DNA of 64,000 bases. Origin: Patescibacteria group bacterium. GTDB lineage: Bacteria > Patescibacteriota > Microgenomatia > UBA1400 > PJMF01. Location: NCBI GenBank assembly GCA_016861085.1, contig BOKR01000001.1, positions 825,696 to 889,695 on the forward strand, given 5' to 3'. Below, piece after piece: positions 26,058 to 35,923 of this stretch (position 1 is its first letter; each line of letters begins with the position of its first letter). Under the pieces are notes generated by a model. The model was given only the letters and a program-made list of their open reading frames with translations. It had not been told where the DNA came from and searched no databases. Both the position numbers and the translations under genes were made by a program.

Positions 26058-27128
26058 TTATTCATCCAAATAAAACTCAGCACTTCTTTTCATAGCCTGA
26101 GAAAATGCGGAACCTGAGATATTGTGGCCACCGGTATTGTATTCAAATAACTGGTGAGGAATTGTAGTTTCATCTAAAACTTTCATTAACTCTCTGCTGT
26201 ACTCAACAGCAACTACATTGTCATCAACTGCATGATGCAACTGGACTGCTCCATTCAGTCCGTCTAAATAGTTTGTTGCTGGAACTTGCTGCCAAAACCA
26301 AGACTGTGGATCAAATTGGCCATACAGGGCGAAAAGCTGATCTCGCTTTTTTCTTCTTTCAGTATTTTCTCCCGGTGGTTGGTAACTGTTATCATCAATC
26401 CCTAATTCACCAAAGTCCTCATAGGTATACATAGCACCAGCCCAAATAACTACCTTTGGAATCGTTTGCTGTACTGCCATAGCTCGTAGCACTACGTTGC
26501 CCGCCATAGAATGACCCCATAAACCAATTCTATTTGGATTCACAGAATCAAAGTTTTGCAGTGCAGCATAAGCATTCAAAACATCAACAACATAATCGCT
26601 GGAGTAATACGCACCATTTGCTTCTCCCTGAGATGAACCATGGCCTCTTAAATCAATTTTAAATACAACAATGCCTTGCTTTGCAAGGTAATCAACATAT
26701 GAACTATAGTTTTCTAAAGTTCTGTACGAACTTGGCGGAATGTACCCATGTACAAATACTACCGCTGGAAATCCTCCTTCAGGAATTGAGCCTTTAGGCA
26801 CTGTCAGTAACCCGTTGATTTTTAAACCATCTGAACTGTAGTTTGTAAGGTATCCAGTATAACTTGTAGTCTCAGTAGCTTGTTGCAACATACCAAGATT
26901 ACTTGTGTATGTTCTACTACGAAGATACGGTATAGTGAGTTCTTGAAATTCAAACGGCGTTGCTGTCGAAACAGACTCAAAGACAGTCTTTGTAGTAGAT
27001 GTAGCTTTAGGCTCTTCAACTTTTCTGTTTATAACAAAAAAATAAACGGCGGATACAATTAAAAAAAAGCACGTAATCGCTATATACTTTCGCTGCATAT
27101 CAGCCAGTATAACAAAAGTAAGACACAA
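26058..27128 (-). CDS. Membrane-anchored alpha/beta hydrolase (dienelactone hydrolase/S9 peptidase-like)
   Basis: N-terminal TM. Nucleophile elbow GLWGHSMAGN. Confidence 0.65.
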   Translation of the reverse strand: MCLTFVILADMQRKYIAITCFFLIVSAVYFFVINRKVEEPKATSTTKTVFESVSTATPFEFQELTIPYLRSRTYTSNLGMLQQATETTSYTGYLTNYSSDGLKINGLLTVPKGSIPEGGFPAVVFVHGYIPPSSYRTLENYSSYVDYLAKQGIVVFKIDLRGHGSSQGEANGAYYSSDYVVDVLNAYAALQNFDSVNPNRIGLWGHSMAGNVVLRAMAVQQTIPKVVIWAGAMYTYEDFGELGIDDNSYQPPGENTERRKKRDQLFALYGQFDPQSWFWQQVPATNYLDGLNGAVQLHHAVDDNVVAVEYSRELMKVLDETTIPHQLFEYNTGGHNISGSAFSQAMKRSAEFYLDE

Positions 27129-27152
27129 AATCCCCGCCCTTTCGGGCGGGGA
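27125..27152 (-). terminator. Rho-independent terminator after the major pilin gene
   Basis: CCCCGCCC-tttc-GGGCGGGG followed on the minus strand by AUUUUGUG. Confidence 0.6.
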
Positions 27153-27197
27153 CTCATTTCAAACTAAGCTCAGTCTCAAACTAGAGCCAGAAGACTC

Positions 27198-27665
27198 TTA
27201 ACGAATAATCTGGATTGGACCTTGATCTGCATTTGGAGCACTGATTGTAATACGGCTATCTGTTGCACTTTGTGAAGCAACATATCCAGTGTCCCAAGTG
27301 CCATCACAATCTGCCTCTTGAATTGGAGCGCCTGCATTTAATTCAGGATCCTGTGGCAATGCTGCCATGTACTCTGTAACCAAAGCATTACAAAAAGCTG
27401 CACCCACTCCTGTTGAGCTGATTGCTGTTGCTGTTGTACCAATGTTTAGGGTGGTGATAACACCTCTGTTATCTGCGGAATATTGGTGGATTGCGTTCAA
27501 AACGGCATTCACGTCACTTGCTCTCTTGGTATCATTTGCTTGTGAAAACTGTCTTGCTGGGTTAATGGCAATCAAAACGATTGCAAGCAACACAGCCAAG
27601 ATACCAATCACAACCAAAAGCTCAATCAAAGTAAAACCTTTTTTATGTTGGGCAGTTGTAAGCAT
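27198..27665 (-). CDS. Type IV pilin (major pilin candidate)
   Basis: Prepilin leader MLTTAQHKKG|FTLIELLVVIGILAVL. Strong terminator downstream. Confidence 0.85.
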   Translation of the reverse strand: MLTTAQHKKGFTLIELLVVIGILAVLLAIVLIAINPARQFSQANDTKRASDVNAVLNAIHQYSADNRGVITTLNIGTTATAISSTGVGAAFCNALVTEYMAALPQDPELNAGAPIQEADCDGTWDTGYVASQSATDSRITISAPNADQGPIQIIR

Positions 27666-27747
27666 AAAAATGTATCTCCTTTACAATACTATATATTTTA
27701 ATAATACTGAATTCTTTACCCCACTGTCAAGCGCTGTAATAAGTTTG

Positions 27748-28425
27748 CTACATCGTTACAAGTAAAACGATCAAAACAGTAATTAAAATAGCAAAAATTG
27801 CAATCATCGCGATCAATTTTCCACTCAATTTAACAGACAAAAAAGGTTGTGGCGCTGATAGTTTTTCCTCAACTATTTCTGGAGCAATAAAACTGTACTC
27901 TGCTAACAATTCGTAATTTGAAATTGCCTTAAGCGCCATCTCTTTTGTAAATGGTGTCTTAGCAAGGTCATCAGTTCCTAAAATGAAAAGTGGAGAAGCA
28001 CTCACCACTACAAATCCAAATTTTTCTAAAACTGCTATGAGAGGATTTAAAAACTCGCGATTTATAACCACCAAATACGCACCTTCTTTAATTGGGAAAC
28101 TTTTTGTAATCACATCTGTAAATGGAACTAATTCAAGAAATGATTGTACTAATGGATCACTTTCCGACTCTGGCATTTTATGTATTGTTGTATGAAAAAA
28201 TACTGATTTATCTAGAATTAGCTCAACCTGCCCTGCTGGGATTTTTATTTGTTCCATCCATGAAGACATCACCCGCTCCAAAGCTTGCTGACTGATCATT
28301 TCTAAATCTTTCACAATTTCTGAAGTTAAAGACAATTCAACTCCATCATCACTTGCCTTTGAAAAAAAAGTCAAACTACTTCTTGTGACTAAAAAACATG
28401 CTTGAGGATTTACTTTCTGAGCCAT
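27748..28425 (-). CDS. Hypothetical pilus-cluster protein with C-terminal TM anchor
   Basis: Position within the pilus operon. C-terminal hydrophobic helix. Confidence 0.35.
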   Translation of the reverse strand: MAQKVNPQACFLVTRSSLTFFSKASDDGVELSLTSEIVKDLEMISQQALERVMSSWMEQIKIPAGQVELILDKSVFFHTTIHKMPESESDPLVQSFLELVPFTDVITKSFPIKEGAYLVVINREFLNPLIAVLEKFGFVVVSASPLFILGTDDLAKTPFTKEMALKAISNYELLAEYSFIAPEIVEEKLSAPQPFLSVKLSGKLIAMIAIFAILITVLIVLLVTM

Positions 28426-28824
28426 TTAAAAGAGTTCCTTCCAAGATGTAACTGTCATAATGCCGTTTTGATCACTTACTTGCACTTCTACTTGGCGAAC
28501 AGAGTTTCCCACTTCACCAGTGACAGTTACAATTCTAGGACTTGTTCCACTTACTACAATTCTGGCAGTTCCATCATCTATAGTCAACTCTTCTTGTGTA
28601 TAGGTAGGGTCGCGAATCAATCGCATCAGTGCATTTTCAGCTCCAGATTCGGCAACATGAAGTGCCCGCTGACCCTGTAAAAATGTCCTACTAGACTGTG
28701 AAGTAATCGTCGTTAGGCTGATACTGGTGACAATAACTACCATAGCAATAGCAGAAAAGATGAGCACTGTCACCAACGCCATGCCACTCTGTTGTGTGTT
28801 ATATGATTTCATATTTTTTTCCAA
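28426..28824 (-). CDS. PilX-like minor pilin/pilus assembly protein
   Basis: N-terminus QSGMALVTVLIFSAIAMVV typical of PilX_N. Confidence 0.55.
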   Translation of the reverse strand: MEKNMKSYNTQQSGMALVTVLIFSAIAMVVIVTSISLTTITSQSSRTFLQGQRALHVAESGAENALMRLIRDPTYTQEELTIDDGTARIVVSGTSPRIVTVTGEVGNSVRQVEVQVSDQNGIMTVTSWKELF

Positions 28825-28827
28825 AGT

Positions 28828-29328
28828 TCATCTCATTCCAAACGTGTATGTTAGGTCTCTGATTTCAGGACTAAATGAACCTACCGGATTACTCTCAAGC
28901 TGTATGTGCACTCTAATACTCGCAACTCCATCTTGATTTCCTAGTTTTTGAAATGAAAGTTGAGTAACTACTATTTCTGGACTGGTAAGCGGCTGAGGAG
29001 TATCTCCATCTAGTGACAACATAATTTTTCCATTACTGAGAGTATAGATAATTTCACCCTCTGCAACAGATAACACCAATGTTGCAGCCGTTTCCCCATT
29101 TGTTGCCGGAGTAGTCAAAGTTGTTGCTCTGCTAATATCATATTGCATTCGAGTATAAACATAATGGCTATCTTGTTCGATTCGAGCAGTTTGTGAAGCC
29201 TCATTTTGCACCTCAAGTGTAGATACAAATAGTCCAGAAAGGATTACTAAAAATCCCATAAAAATCCCCATGTAAATCAACAATTCAATCAAAGTAAATC
29301 CTGGTAAATTTTTTGCTCTTTTTTTCAT
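28828..29328 (-). CDS. Prepilin-type minor pilin
   Basis: MKKRAKNLPG|FTLIELLIYMGIF cleavage/methylation motif. Confidence 0.8.
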   Translation of the reverse strand: MKKRAKNLPGFTLIELLIYMGIFMGFLVILSGLFVSTLEVQNEASQTARIEQDSHYVYTRMQYDISRATTLTTPATNGETAATLVLSVAEGEIIYTLSNGKIMLSLDGDTPQPLTSPEIVVTQLSFQKLGNQDGVASIRVHIQLESNPVGSFSPEIRDLTYTFGMR

Positions 29329-29333
29329 AATAA

Positions 29334-31334
29334 CTACGGTGAATAATTCACCGTCACTTCTTCCAAAATCGGCGTTACATCAACATTCGTTGTTTCAAGA
29401 AATGCCTTATACCGAAAACATTGTGCAGGATTTCTATACCCAGTACCTTGAGTCATAAACGGCAATGCTTGAATACCGTCAAAATATGTATTTGCAGTTC
29501 CATCTGGCCCTACAAAAGTGAAACTAACTCCAGCGCATGAACCATTAACTGCCGGCGCACCCGCAACTTGAAATTCTACCGTTGTCTCAGCATTTTCATC
29601 TGCTGTATAAAAAATTCTATTAAATGCAGTTGTAGCACCTGCATCAAAAGTCGCCGATTCATACGTGCCCATTGGGCTGTACGCACCCCCAGGACCACCT
29701 TCAATAATTTTTAATTCACTATCCGATTGTCCAGTGGTAATAAAAGCATATGCGTCACCGTTGTCTTGCACAATTGCAGCCACGTCTCTAATCCCTCCAA
29801 GGTTACCCAAAAAGCCACAGACGGTTGGCGCAGTTTCTGTCACAATTGACCACACCTGATATTCATTTCCACCAGATCCAACCACTAATGCTCTGTACCC
29901 ATCTAACACTGTTGCAACCGCGCTCGGATTCATGTCACCAGTGTTACCTGAAGAAATTACACTCAAACTATTTTTGGTTGGATCAGAAGCATCAATAATA
30001 AAAAATTCACTTTGACTTGCTGATTGGGCTGTCACTAAATATACCCGTTCCCCAGATTCTGAAACAAACAGTGATTTTCCCGCTAACCCATTCACTGAAA
30101 AACTTTTTGGTGTGCCTGGAGATGAAGGATTACTCACATCTACGATCTGTAGCTGTGCGCTTGTTGAATCTGTTGAAATATATGCAAAATTACCCACAAC
30201 CTGGATCTTGGTACCTAAACCAGCTAAGCCGACTGTTCCAAGCTGTGTCCTGCTCCCAGTTGGCGAGCTGGCATCAAAAATTCTTAGATCACTTCCTTGC
30301 GTGAGATATCCAACTCCATCCTTTACAAAAATGCTTTGTCCATTAACTGACCCCGATGCATTAAACTCACCAACTTCAGACATATTGCTCAAATCAACGA
30401 TCACTACTTCTTGTCCAGGTCTGGGAGTAGTTAAATATGCATATCCCGGAACACCAAACACCGCATTAGCCTTAATCTGTGGCTGAGAAGCAAAAAGACC
30501 TGCGAGTGTTGGTACTGGTGGATACGCATTACTAACACGAACATATGATAACGGGTTACCAGATGCGTTCTGGCCAGTGGTCGTAAACACCTCAGAACGG
30601 CTCGAAGCGCTATTGTAGAACGCCATAACACCAGTAGCATCGGCCTGACCAGATAGGTCAAACTCAGAAAAATCAGGATTAGGACTACACCAATCACCTC
30701 TTCCAGAACCAAGCGGACTTAATCGAATGTAGCCATTATCGGGGTCCTCACCGGTTGGATTAGCGACAATAAGCGTATTATCGATACTATACCCAGTCTG
30801 TTCAAAGTCTGTTACTGTCGTATGCGTAAACGTTAAATTATCCAAATATCGAGTCACATATAGTGACGAACTAATACTACTCACCAATGGAGTAGTCCAA
30901 CTTACTGTAATATCAATTTTTTTTGTTGACGGATCAACTGTTCCGCCAGATGCGACAATATCCCCCTGAGAGTTTCTTTGCACATCACTAATTGTTAACT
31001 GCCGAGTAAACCCATTGACTACTTCAGAACCAACCGCCAGCGTCCAAGTAGTTCCAGTAACTGGATCAATTACCGGGTGCCACACTCCGTTTTGAGCAAA
31101 TTCTGCCCAATCTTGCTCTCGGACTACTCTGACTGCTTCAACAGTTTCTTGCAGCAAGGCTGCCGCAAGTACCCGTTGCTTTTGTTGCGGCTTTCCGTCT
31201 CTGGTTGCAACAAAACCAGCAAATAAAATAGAAATCAAAAATCCAAATAAACCGATTGCCAACAACAACTCCACCAACGAGTACCCCCCCTGCAACTTTT
31301 TGCGACTGCTAATTAATTGCCGTAATGACACCAT
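29334..31334 (-). CDS. Giant prepilin-type protein (666 aa), putative tip/adhesin pilin
   Basis: N-terminal GYSLVELLLAIGLFGF prepilin motif, then a long Thr/Ser/Gly-rich beta-rich domain. Confidence 0.7.
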   Translation of the reverse strand: MVSLRQLISSRKKLQGGYSLVELLLAIGLFGFLISILFAGFVATRDGKPQQKQRVLAAALLQETVEAVRVVREQDWAEFAQNGVWHPVIDPVTGTTWTLAVGSEVVNGFTRQLTISDVQRNSQGDIVASGGTVDPSTKKIDITVSWTTPLVSSISSSLYVTRYLDNLTFTHTTVTDFEQTGYSIDNTLIVANPTGEDPDNGYIRLSPLGSGRGDWCSPNPDFSEFDLSGQADATGVMAFYNSASSRSEVFTTTGQNASGNPLSYVRVSNAYPPVPTLAGLFASQPQIKANAVFGVPGYAYLTTPRPGQEVVIVDLSNMSEVGEFNASGSVNGQSIFVKDGVGYLTQGSDLRIFDASSPTGSRTQLGTVGLAGLGTKIQVVGNFAYISTDSTSAQLQIVDVSNPSSPGTPKSFSVNGLAGKSLFVSESGERVYLVTAQSASQSEFFIIDASDPTKNSLSVISSGNTGDMNPSAVATVLDGYRALVVGSGGNEYQVWSIVTETAPTVCGFLGNLGGIRDVAAIVQDNGDAYAFITTGQSDSELKIIEGGPGGAYSPMGTYESATFDAGATTAFNRIFYTADENAETTVEFQVAGAPAVNGSCAGVSFTFVGPDGTANTYFDGIQALPFMTQGTGYRNPAQCFRYKAFLETTNVDVTPILEEVTVNYSP

Positions 31335-31797
31335 ATTGGTTTAATTCCAAAATAATTGTCTCTCCAGATTGTGTATTTCGAAGCGTTAGTGTGTCTTGTC
31401 CATTAATAAAATTAAGTATTTCACCACTGCCTGAGTCAAAAACAATTTGCTGATTTGCGAACGTCGTTTCCAAAGTTATTGGATCTTCGATAGCTACAGC
31501 AAAATTGTCTGTAATTTGTGAGTCATAAACAGTACCGCGAAATAATGTGTACTGTTGCCCGGAAATATGAAGACCAAAATCTTGAATTGATCCTGAAACG
31601 CTTGCATCTCCTGCCATAGCTCGCAGCTGCTGATTTTTTAATTCAGCAATCAGTACCTCTGAGAGCGAACTAAGTGTGGCCTTTGGAATGAGATTCAACA
31701 TCAAGATAGATGCTATAGAAAAGAGCACCACAATAATTCCCATCGCCAATAGAAGCTCAATTAAGGTAAAACCAAAATGTTTAGTATGTGTTCGCAT
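31309..31797 (-). CDS. Prepilin-type pseudopilin (FimT/GspH-like)
   Basis: MRTHTKHFG|FTLIELLLAMGII. Confidence 0.8.
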   Translation of the reverse strand: MRTHTKHFGFTLIELLLAMGIIVVLFSIASILMLNLIPKATLSSLSEVLIAELKNQQLRAMAGDASVSGSIQDFGLHISGQQYTLFRGTVYDSQITDNFAVAIEDPITLETTFANQQIVFDSGSGEILNFINGQDTLTLRNTQSGETIILELNQYGVITAIN

Positions 31798-31800
31798 GGA

Positions 31801-32868
31801 TCATCGTGCCCCCACATTTGAAATCAAACCGTAGATAGGACCAATAATTGCCATCATCATCGCACCAACAGAAAGACCCACAAACACCAACATAATTGGT
31901 TCTAGTAACGCTGTAGCTGCACGAAGGTTTTTAGTCACTTCGTAGTCAAGCATTTCAGTAATTTCTTTCATAGATTCATCAAGTGAACCAGTGCGTTCAC
32001 CGACTTCAATTAGCTTCGTAACAATGCTAGGCACTAATTTGTTTTGACTCACCAACCCTTCTGAAAATCGCTTTCCAGTTGAGACCTGTTTTCTGGCACC
32101 TTCTATGAGCTTTTGCAGGTCACGTTTCACAATCACGTCTTCTGCTAACTCAAGCGCAGTGATAATTGGCAGACCAGACCCGAGTAACAGTGCCATACTA
32201 CGAGAGAATCTGGTCATGTCAATCTGCCGTATTAAGCCAGATATATATGGAAAAGAAAAAATAATGTTGGCAACAACATTTTTCTTATACCGGTAAAAAA
32301 GTAGAAATCCAGAAATAGAAAACACGACTGCTCCTACAACCAACACCGTGTTATCAAGTAGAAAGTTTGATGCAGCAATCAATATTCTTGTTGCCACTGG
32401 GAGCTCGGTAGTAAGGCGAGAAAAAACCTGAGAGATTCTAGGCATCACAAACACCAACATCATGATCATCACACCAAGGAAAATAACCAACACAAAAACA
32501 GGGTACATCAGTGCCGATTTCACTTTGTCCGAAAACTCAATTTCTCGCTGGATTCCCTCACGAACATCACGAAGAGCTACCTCTAATGTTCCAGCTTCTT
32601 CTGCAGCCTTAATCAAATTAATCGTGACCTTATTAAAAGCATTTGGATACTTGGCTAAAGTCTCATGGATACGAGTTCCTGCTTTTAGATCGGCTCGCAT
32701 AGTTTCTAACACTTTTTTGAGGTTGCCTTTTGAGTCTTCAAGCAAAGAATCAACGGTCTCTAAAATTGGAATACCAGCCTTAAGCATGGTACTCAAATTA
32801 CCGACAAGCTGCATCTTATCTTTTTCAGAAATCCGAGTGGAAAATTGTTTTGCTTTTAGCTCTGTCAT
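31801..32868 (-). CDS. pilC: Type IV pilus platform protein PilC (T2SS F domains)
   Basis: Two T2SSF-like repeats with three TM segments. Upstream is pilB. Confidence 0.9.
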   Translation of the reverse strand: MTELKAKQFSTRISEKDKMQLVGNLSTMLKAGIPILETVDSLLEDSKGNLKKVLETMRADLKAGTRIHETLAKYPNAFNKVTINLIKAAEEAGTLEVALRDVREGIQREIEFSDKVKSALMYPVFVLVIFLGVMIMMLVFVMPRISQVFSRLTTELPVATRILIAASNFLLDNTVLVVGAVVFSISGFLLFYRYKKNVVANIIFSFPYISGLIRQIDMTRFSRSMALLLGSGLPIITALELAEDVIVKRDLQKLIEGARKQVSTGKRFSEGLVSQNKLVPSIVTKLIEVGERTGSLDESMKEITEMLDYEVTKNLRAATALLEPIMLVFVGLSVGAMMMAIIGPIYGLISNVGAR

Positions 32869-34547
32869 CCTGATTCAACCTTTGTAGCGCGTAACACTTC
32901 TTCCATTGTCGTTAAACCTTTTGAAACTTTTTCTAGACCATCTGCAAGCATTGTGGTCATGCCCTCTTTTTTAGCAGCAGCTAAAATAATGTCGGCATCT
33001 TGTTTTTGAGAAACTAACTTTCTGATCTCCTTGGTAATTTCAAACACTTCAAAAATACCAATTCTTCCCCTATATCCACTAAAATGACAATGTGGGCAAC
33101 CTTTTCCTTGATAGAATTGAACTTCTTTCTTGTCTCCCAATGATTCACTAATATCTTCAGATGACAAATTTTTTAATAGCTCATCTTTGCTCACTGAATA
33201 TGCATACCTACAGTCAGTACAGATTTTACGCACCAAGCGTTGCCCCACAACAACATTTACTGTGGAAGCAACTAAAAATGGTTCAACTTTCATATCAATC
33301 AAACGCGGAATTGCTGAGGCTGCATCATTTGTATGCAGCGTTGAAAACACAAGGTGCCCTGTTAAAGCCGCATTCACCGCAATTCCTGCTGTCTCATTAT
33401 CACGAATTTCACCAACAAAAATATAATCTGGGTCCTGACGCAAAATGGACCGCAATCCATTGGCAAACGTCAAGTTTGTTTTCATGTTCACCTGAACTTG
33501 ATTTGCACCCTCAACTTTATACTCAACTGGATCTTCCACCGTTGTAATATTTCTGTCTCTACTGTTAATTACTTTGATAATGGCATAAATAGAAGTTGTT
33601 TTCCCTGAACCAGTTGGCCCTGTAGAGAGGATCATGCCGTTAGGCTTATTAAACGCTCTAGTTAACTTGTCTAAGTCTTTTTCATTCATTCCCAAATCTG
33701 TTAAAGAATATGATCGAGATTTAGAAGAAAGCAACCGCATCACGATTTTCTCACCATCTACAATTGGCAAAATAGAAACACGCAAGTTGAGATTTTCTTC
33801 CTTGAGAGCCATCTGCATTTTACCGTCCTGGGCATTGAGATGCTCATCAGTACGTAAGTTAGAAAGCACTTTAATTCTAGTGACAATTCTGTCATGTAAC
33901 TGAAGAGGAAAACTAAGCGTGTCGTACAAAATACCGTCAACTCTAAACCTGACTAGCGATTCACCTTCTTTTGGTTCAATATGAATGTCTGAAGCTTTTT
34001 CTTCATAGGCAGATGAAATTAATAAATTCACAATTTTTTCGATAGGGGGGTCAGTAGTTTCAGTGGTTTGAGCTTTGGAACCCAAACCCTCATGCAGTAG
34101 TCTTTCAAATTTCTTTTGTAAATCCTGGCGGTACATGACCACTACATTTTTAATATCTTGGAGAGTGGCATAGTACACAGTAACTGGAAGACCAGTTTTT
34201 TTGGAGACTACTTTGACTATATTTTTATTACTCACGTCGGCTAAAGCAACTTTGACTTCTTTTTCAGTTCTCTCAAACGCAACAGCCTGCTGTTTTTGAG
34301 CGACATGCTCTGGAATTATGTTAATAACATCGGTAGGAATACTTAATTTAGTCAAAACTATGAATGGAGTCTTGAAAGCAGTCGATTCAATCAAACCAAT
34401 GTCTTCATCACTCATCAGTTCTTGCTTCACTATAGCGTCGCGAAGTGAAATTTTGTTCTCTGTAGCATAGGCTCTTGCAGTTTTAATTTGGGCAGCTGTG
34501 AGTTTACCTGCTTGAGTCAATAATTTTTCAATTTGGGCATCATCTAG
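32865..34547 (-). CDS. pilB: Type IV pilus assembly ATPase PilB
   Basis: T2SSE_N domain. Walker A GPTGSGKTT. C-terminal tetracysteine CPHCHFSG. Start moved to MLDDAQIEKLL, since the tool's longer N-terminus is hydrophobic nonsense. Confidence 0.9.
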   Translation of the reverse strand, partial: LDDAQIEKLLTQAGKLTAAQIKTARAYATENKISLRDAIVKQELMSDEDIGLIESTAFKTPFIVLTKLSIPTDVINIIPEHVAQKQQAVAFERTEKEVKVALADVSNKNIVKVVSKKTGLPVTVYYATLQDIKNVVVMYRQDLQKKFERLLHEGLGSKAQTTETTDPPIEKIVNLLISSAYEEKASDIHIEPKEGESLVRFRVDGILYDTLSFPLQLHDRIVTRIKVLSNLRTDEHLNAQDGKMQMALKEENLNLRVSILPIVDGEKIVMRLLSSKSRSYSLTDLGMNEKDLDKLTRAFNKPNGMILSTGPTGSGKTTSIYAIIKVINSRDRNITTVEDPVEYKVEGANQVQVNMKTNLTFANGLRSILRQDPDYIFVGEIRDNETAGIAVNAALTGHLVFSTLHTNDAASAIPRLIDMKVEPFLVASTVNVVVGQRLVRKICTDCRYAYSVSKDELLKNLSSEDISESLGDKKEVQFYQGKGCPHCHFSGYRGRIGIFEVFEITKEIRKLVSQKQDADIILAAAKKEGMTTMLADGLEKVSKGLTTMEEVLRATKVESG

Positions 34548-34850
34548 CATAAAACTAGCATACCATGTTATTATTATGAAAGTAATAAGTGAGTCGAAGA
34601 AAACTGCCCATGCCAAAGAAAAAATCTTCAAGTAAAAAAGTTGTAACTAAAAGATCAAGTTCAAGGAAGTCCACTGCAATGAACATGAGCGCTTCCCAAC
34701 CCAGTAGCAAAGGTTACCTCGTTGCAGAACAAGAAGCATTCCATAGAGATCACCCAAATGCAGAAATGCTGATTAAAATCTTCTTAATTGCATTTATTAT
34801 TCTAGTAATCCTCTACTTCAAAAAATACTCTTACATGTATTAGTGGTAGG

Positions 34851-35420
34851 CTATTCTCTTTTGTCGAACCATGCATCTAACTCGGTGACTAGATTGTGTA
34901 GCTGTCCAATCTTTGAATCATCGACGATTGATCCATCTTCTTTAAATGCTGCCCAAATTGCAGGAATATTAACTTCATCATGCAATCCAATTAGTCGTAG
35001 TTCAGAAACAATTTGTCGCAAATGCTCTACAGCTCGCATTCCACCAGATGCCGCACCATAGCTTACAAAAGAAACTGGCTTTCCTTTCATCAATCCTGAG
35101 TACCAATAATCAAGCGCATTTTTAAGAACTCCAGGAACGCTGTGATTGTACTCACCGGTGATAATGATAAACCCGTCAGCAGCTGCAACTTTTTCGAGCC
35201 ATTTCTTACCAAGTTCACCAGCATAAGAACCTTGTGAAGCAAGTGGTGGCATTGGCTCATCAAAAAATGGTAACTGCCAATCGCGTAAGTCAACCAGTTC
35301 AAATGTTGTGTGTTTTGTCTTTGGTAGATTTTGCATCAACCACTTTGCTACACCTTCACTAGCTCTATTTTGTCGTACTGTTCCAACAATTACTAAAATA
35401 TTTTTGTTTGCTTTTGGCAT
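34851..35420 (-). CDS. NAD(P)H-dependent FMN reductase (flavodoxin-like)
   Basis: ILVIVGTVRQNRASEGVAKW...FIIITGEYNHSVPGVLKNALD. Confidence 0.7.
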   Translation of the reverse strand: MPKANKNILVIVGTVRQNRASEGVAKWLMQNLPKTKHTTFELVDLRDWQLPFFDEPMPPLASQGSYAGELGKKWLEKVAAADGFIIITGEYNHSVPGVLKNALDYWYSGLMKGKPVSFVSYGAASGGMRAVEHLRQIVSELRLIGLHDEVNIPAIWAAFKEDGSIVDDSKIGQLHNLVTELDAWFDKRE

Positions 35421-35551
35421 TGGTATTTCTTTCTTATAAATATATTTTTACTTTACTTTTTACGTTGAGTGAATATAATAACGCATACAAACTTTAATAC
35501 AAGTACATACTAATTTGTTATATACATACAAAAAGTATACTATCAAAATAT

Positions 35552-35875
35552 ATGAGAAAACAACACGACCAAAAAGAATGCCAAGTTGTCAAAGCCCTGG
35601 CAATTATTGGGGGAAAATGGAAATTACCGCTTATCAAAAGACTCACTACTGGCACTAAACGGTACAATGAATTGTTTAGAGAGCTAGAAGGTGTGACTCA
35701 ACGAATGCTCACTAAACAACTTCGTGAACTTGAAACTGACAAGATTGTTGCCAGAAAAGTCTATCCAGAAATTCCACCAAAAGTTGAATATTCACTTACT
35801 CATGCAGGAAAAGAGCTGCACACTGTTATTTTAGAGTTGGAAAAATGGGGTAAGAAACACACAACCCACCGATAA
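35552..35875 (+). CDS. HxlR-family transcriptional regulator
   Basis: CxVxxALAIIGGKWKLPLI...YSLTHAGKEL. Divergent from the FMN reductase gene. Confidence 0.75.
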   Translation: MRKQHDQKECQVVKALAIIGGKWKLPLIKRLTTGTKRYNELFRELEGVTQRMLTKQLRELETDKIVARKVYPEIPPKVEYSLTHAGKELHTVILELEKWGKKHTTHR

Positions 35876-35923
35876 CACTCTAGCTCTCTAGACTCGAGTT
35901 ACAATTCGTGAGATATTTAATCT

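Noticed and set aside
34548-34631. N-terminal MKIFSLAWAVFF... extension of PilB
   Set aside because: Hydrophobic, non-conserved leader. Canonical PilB begins at MLDDAQIEKLL.
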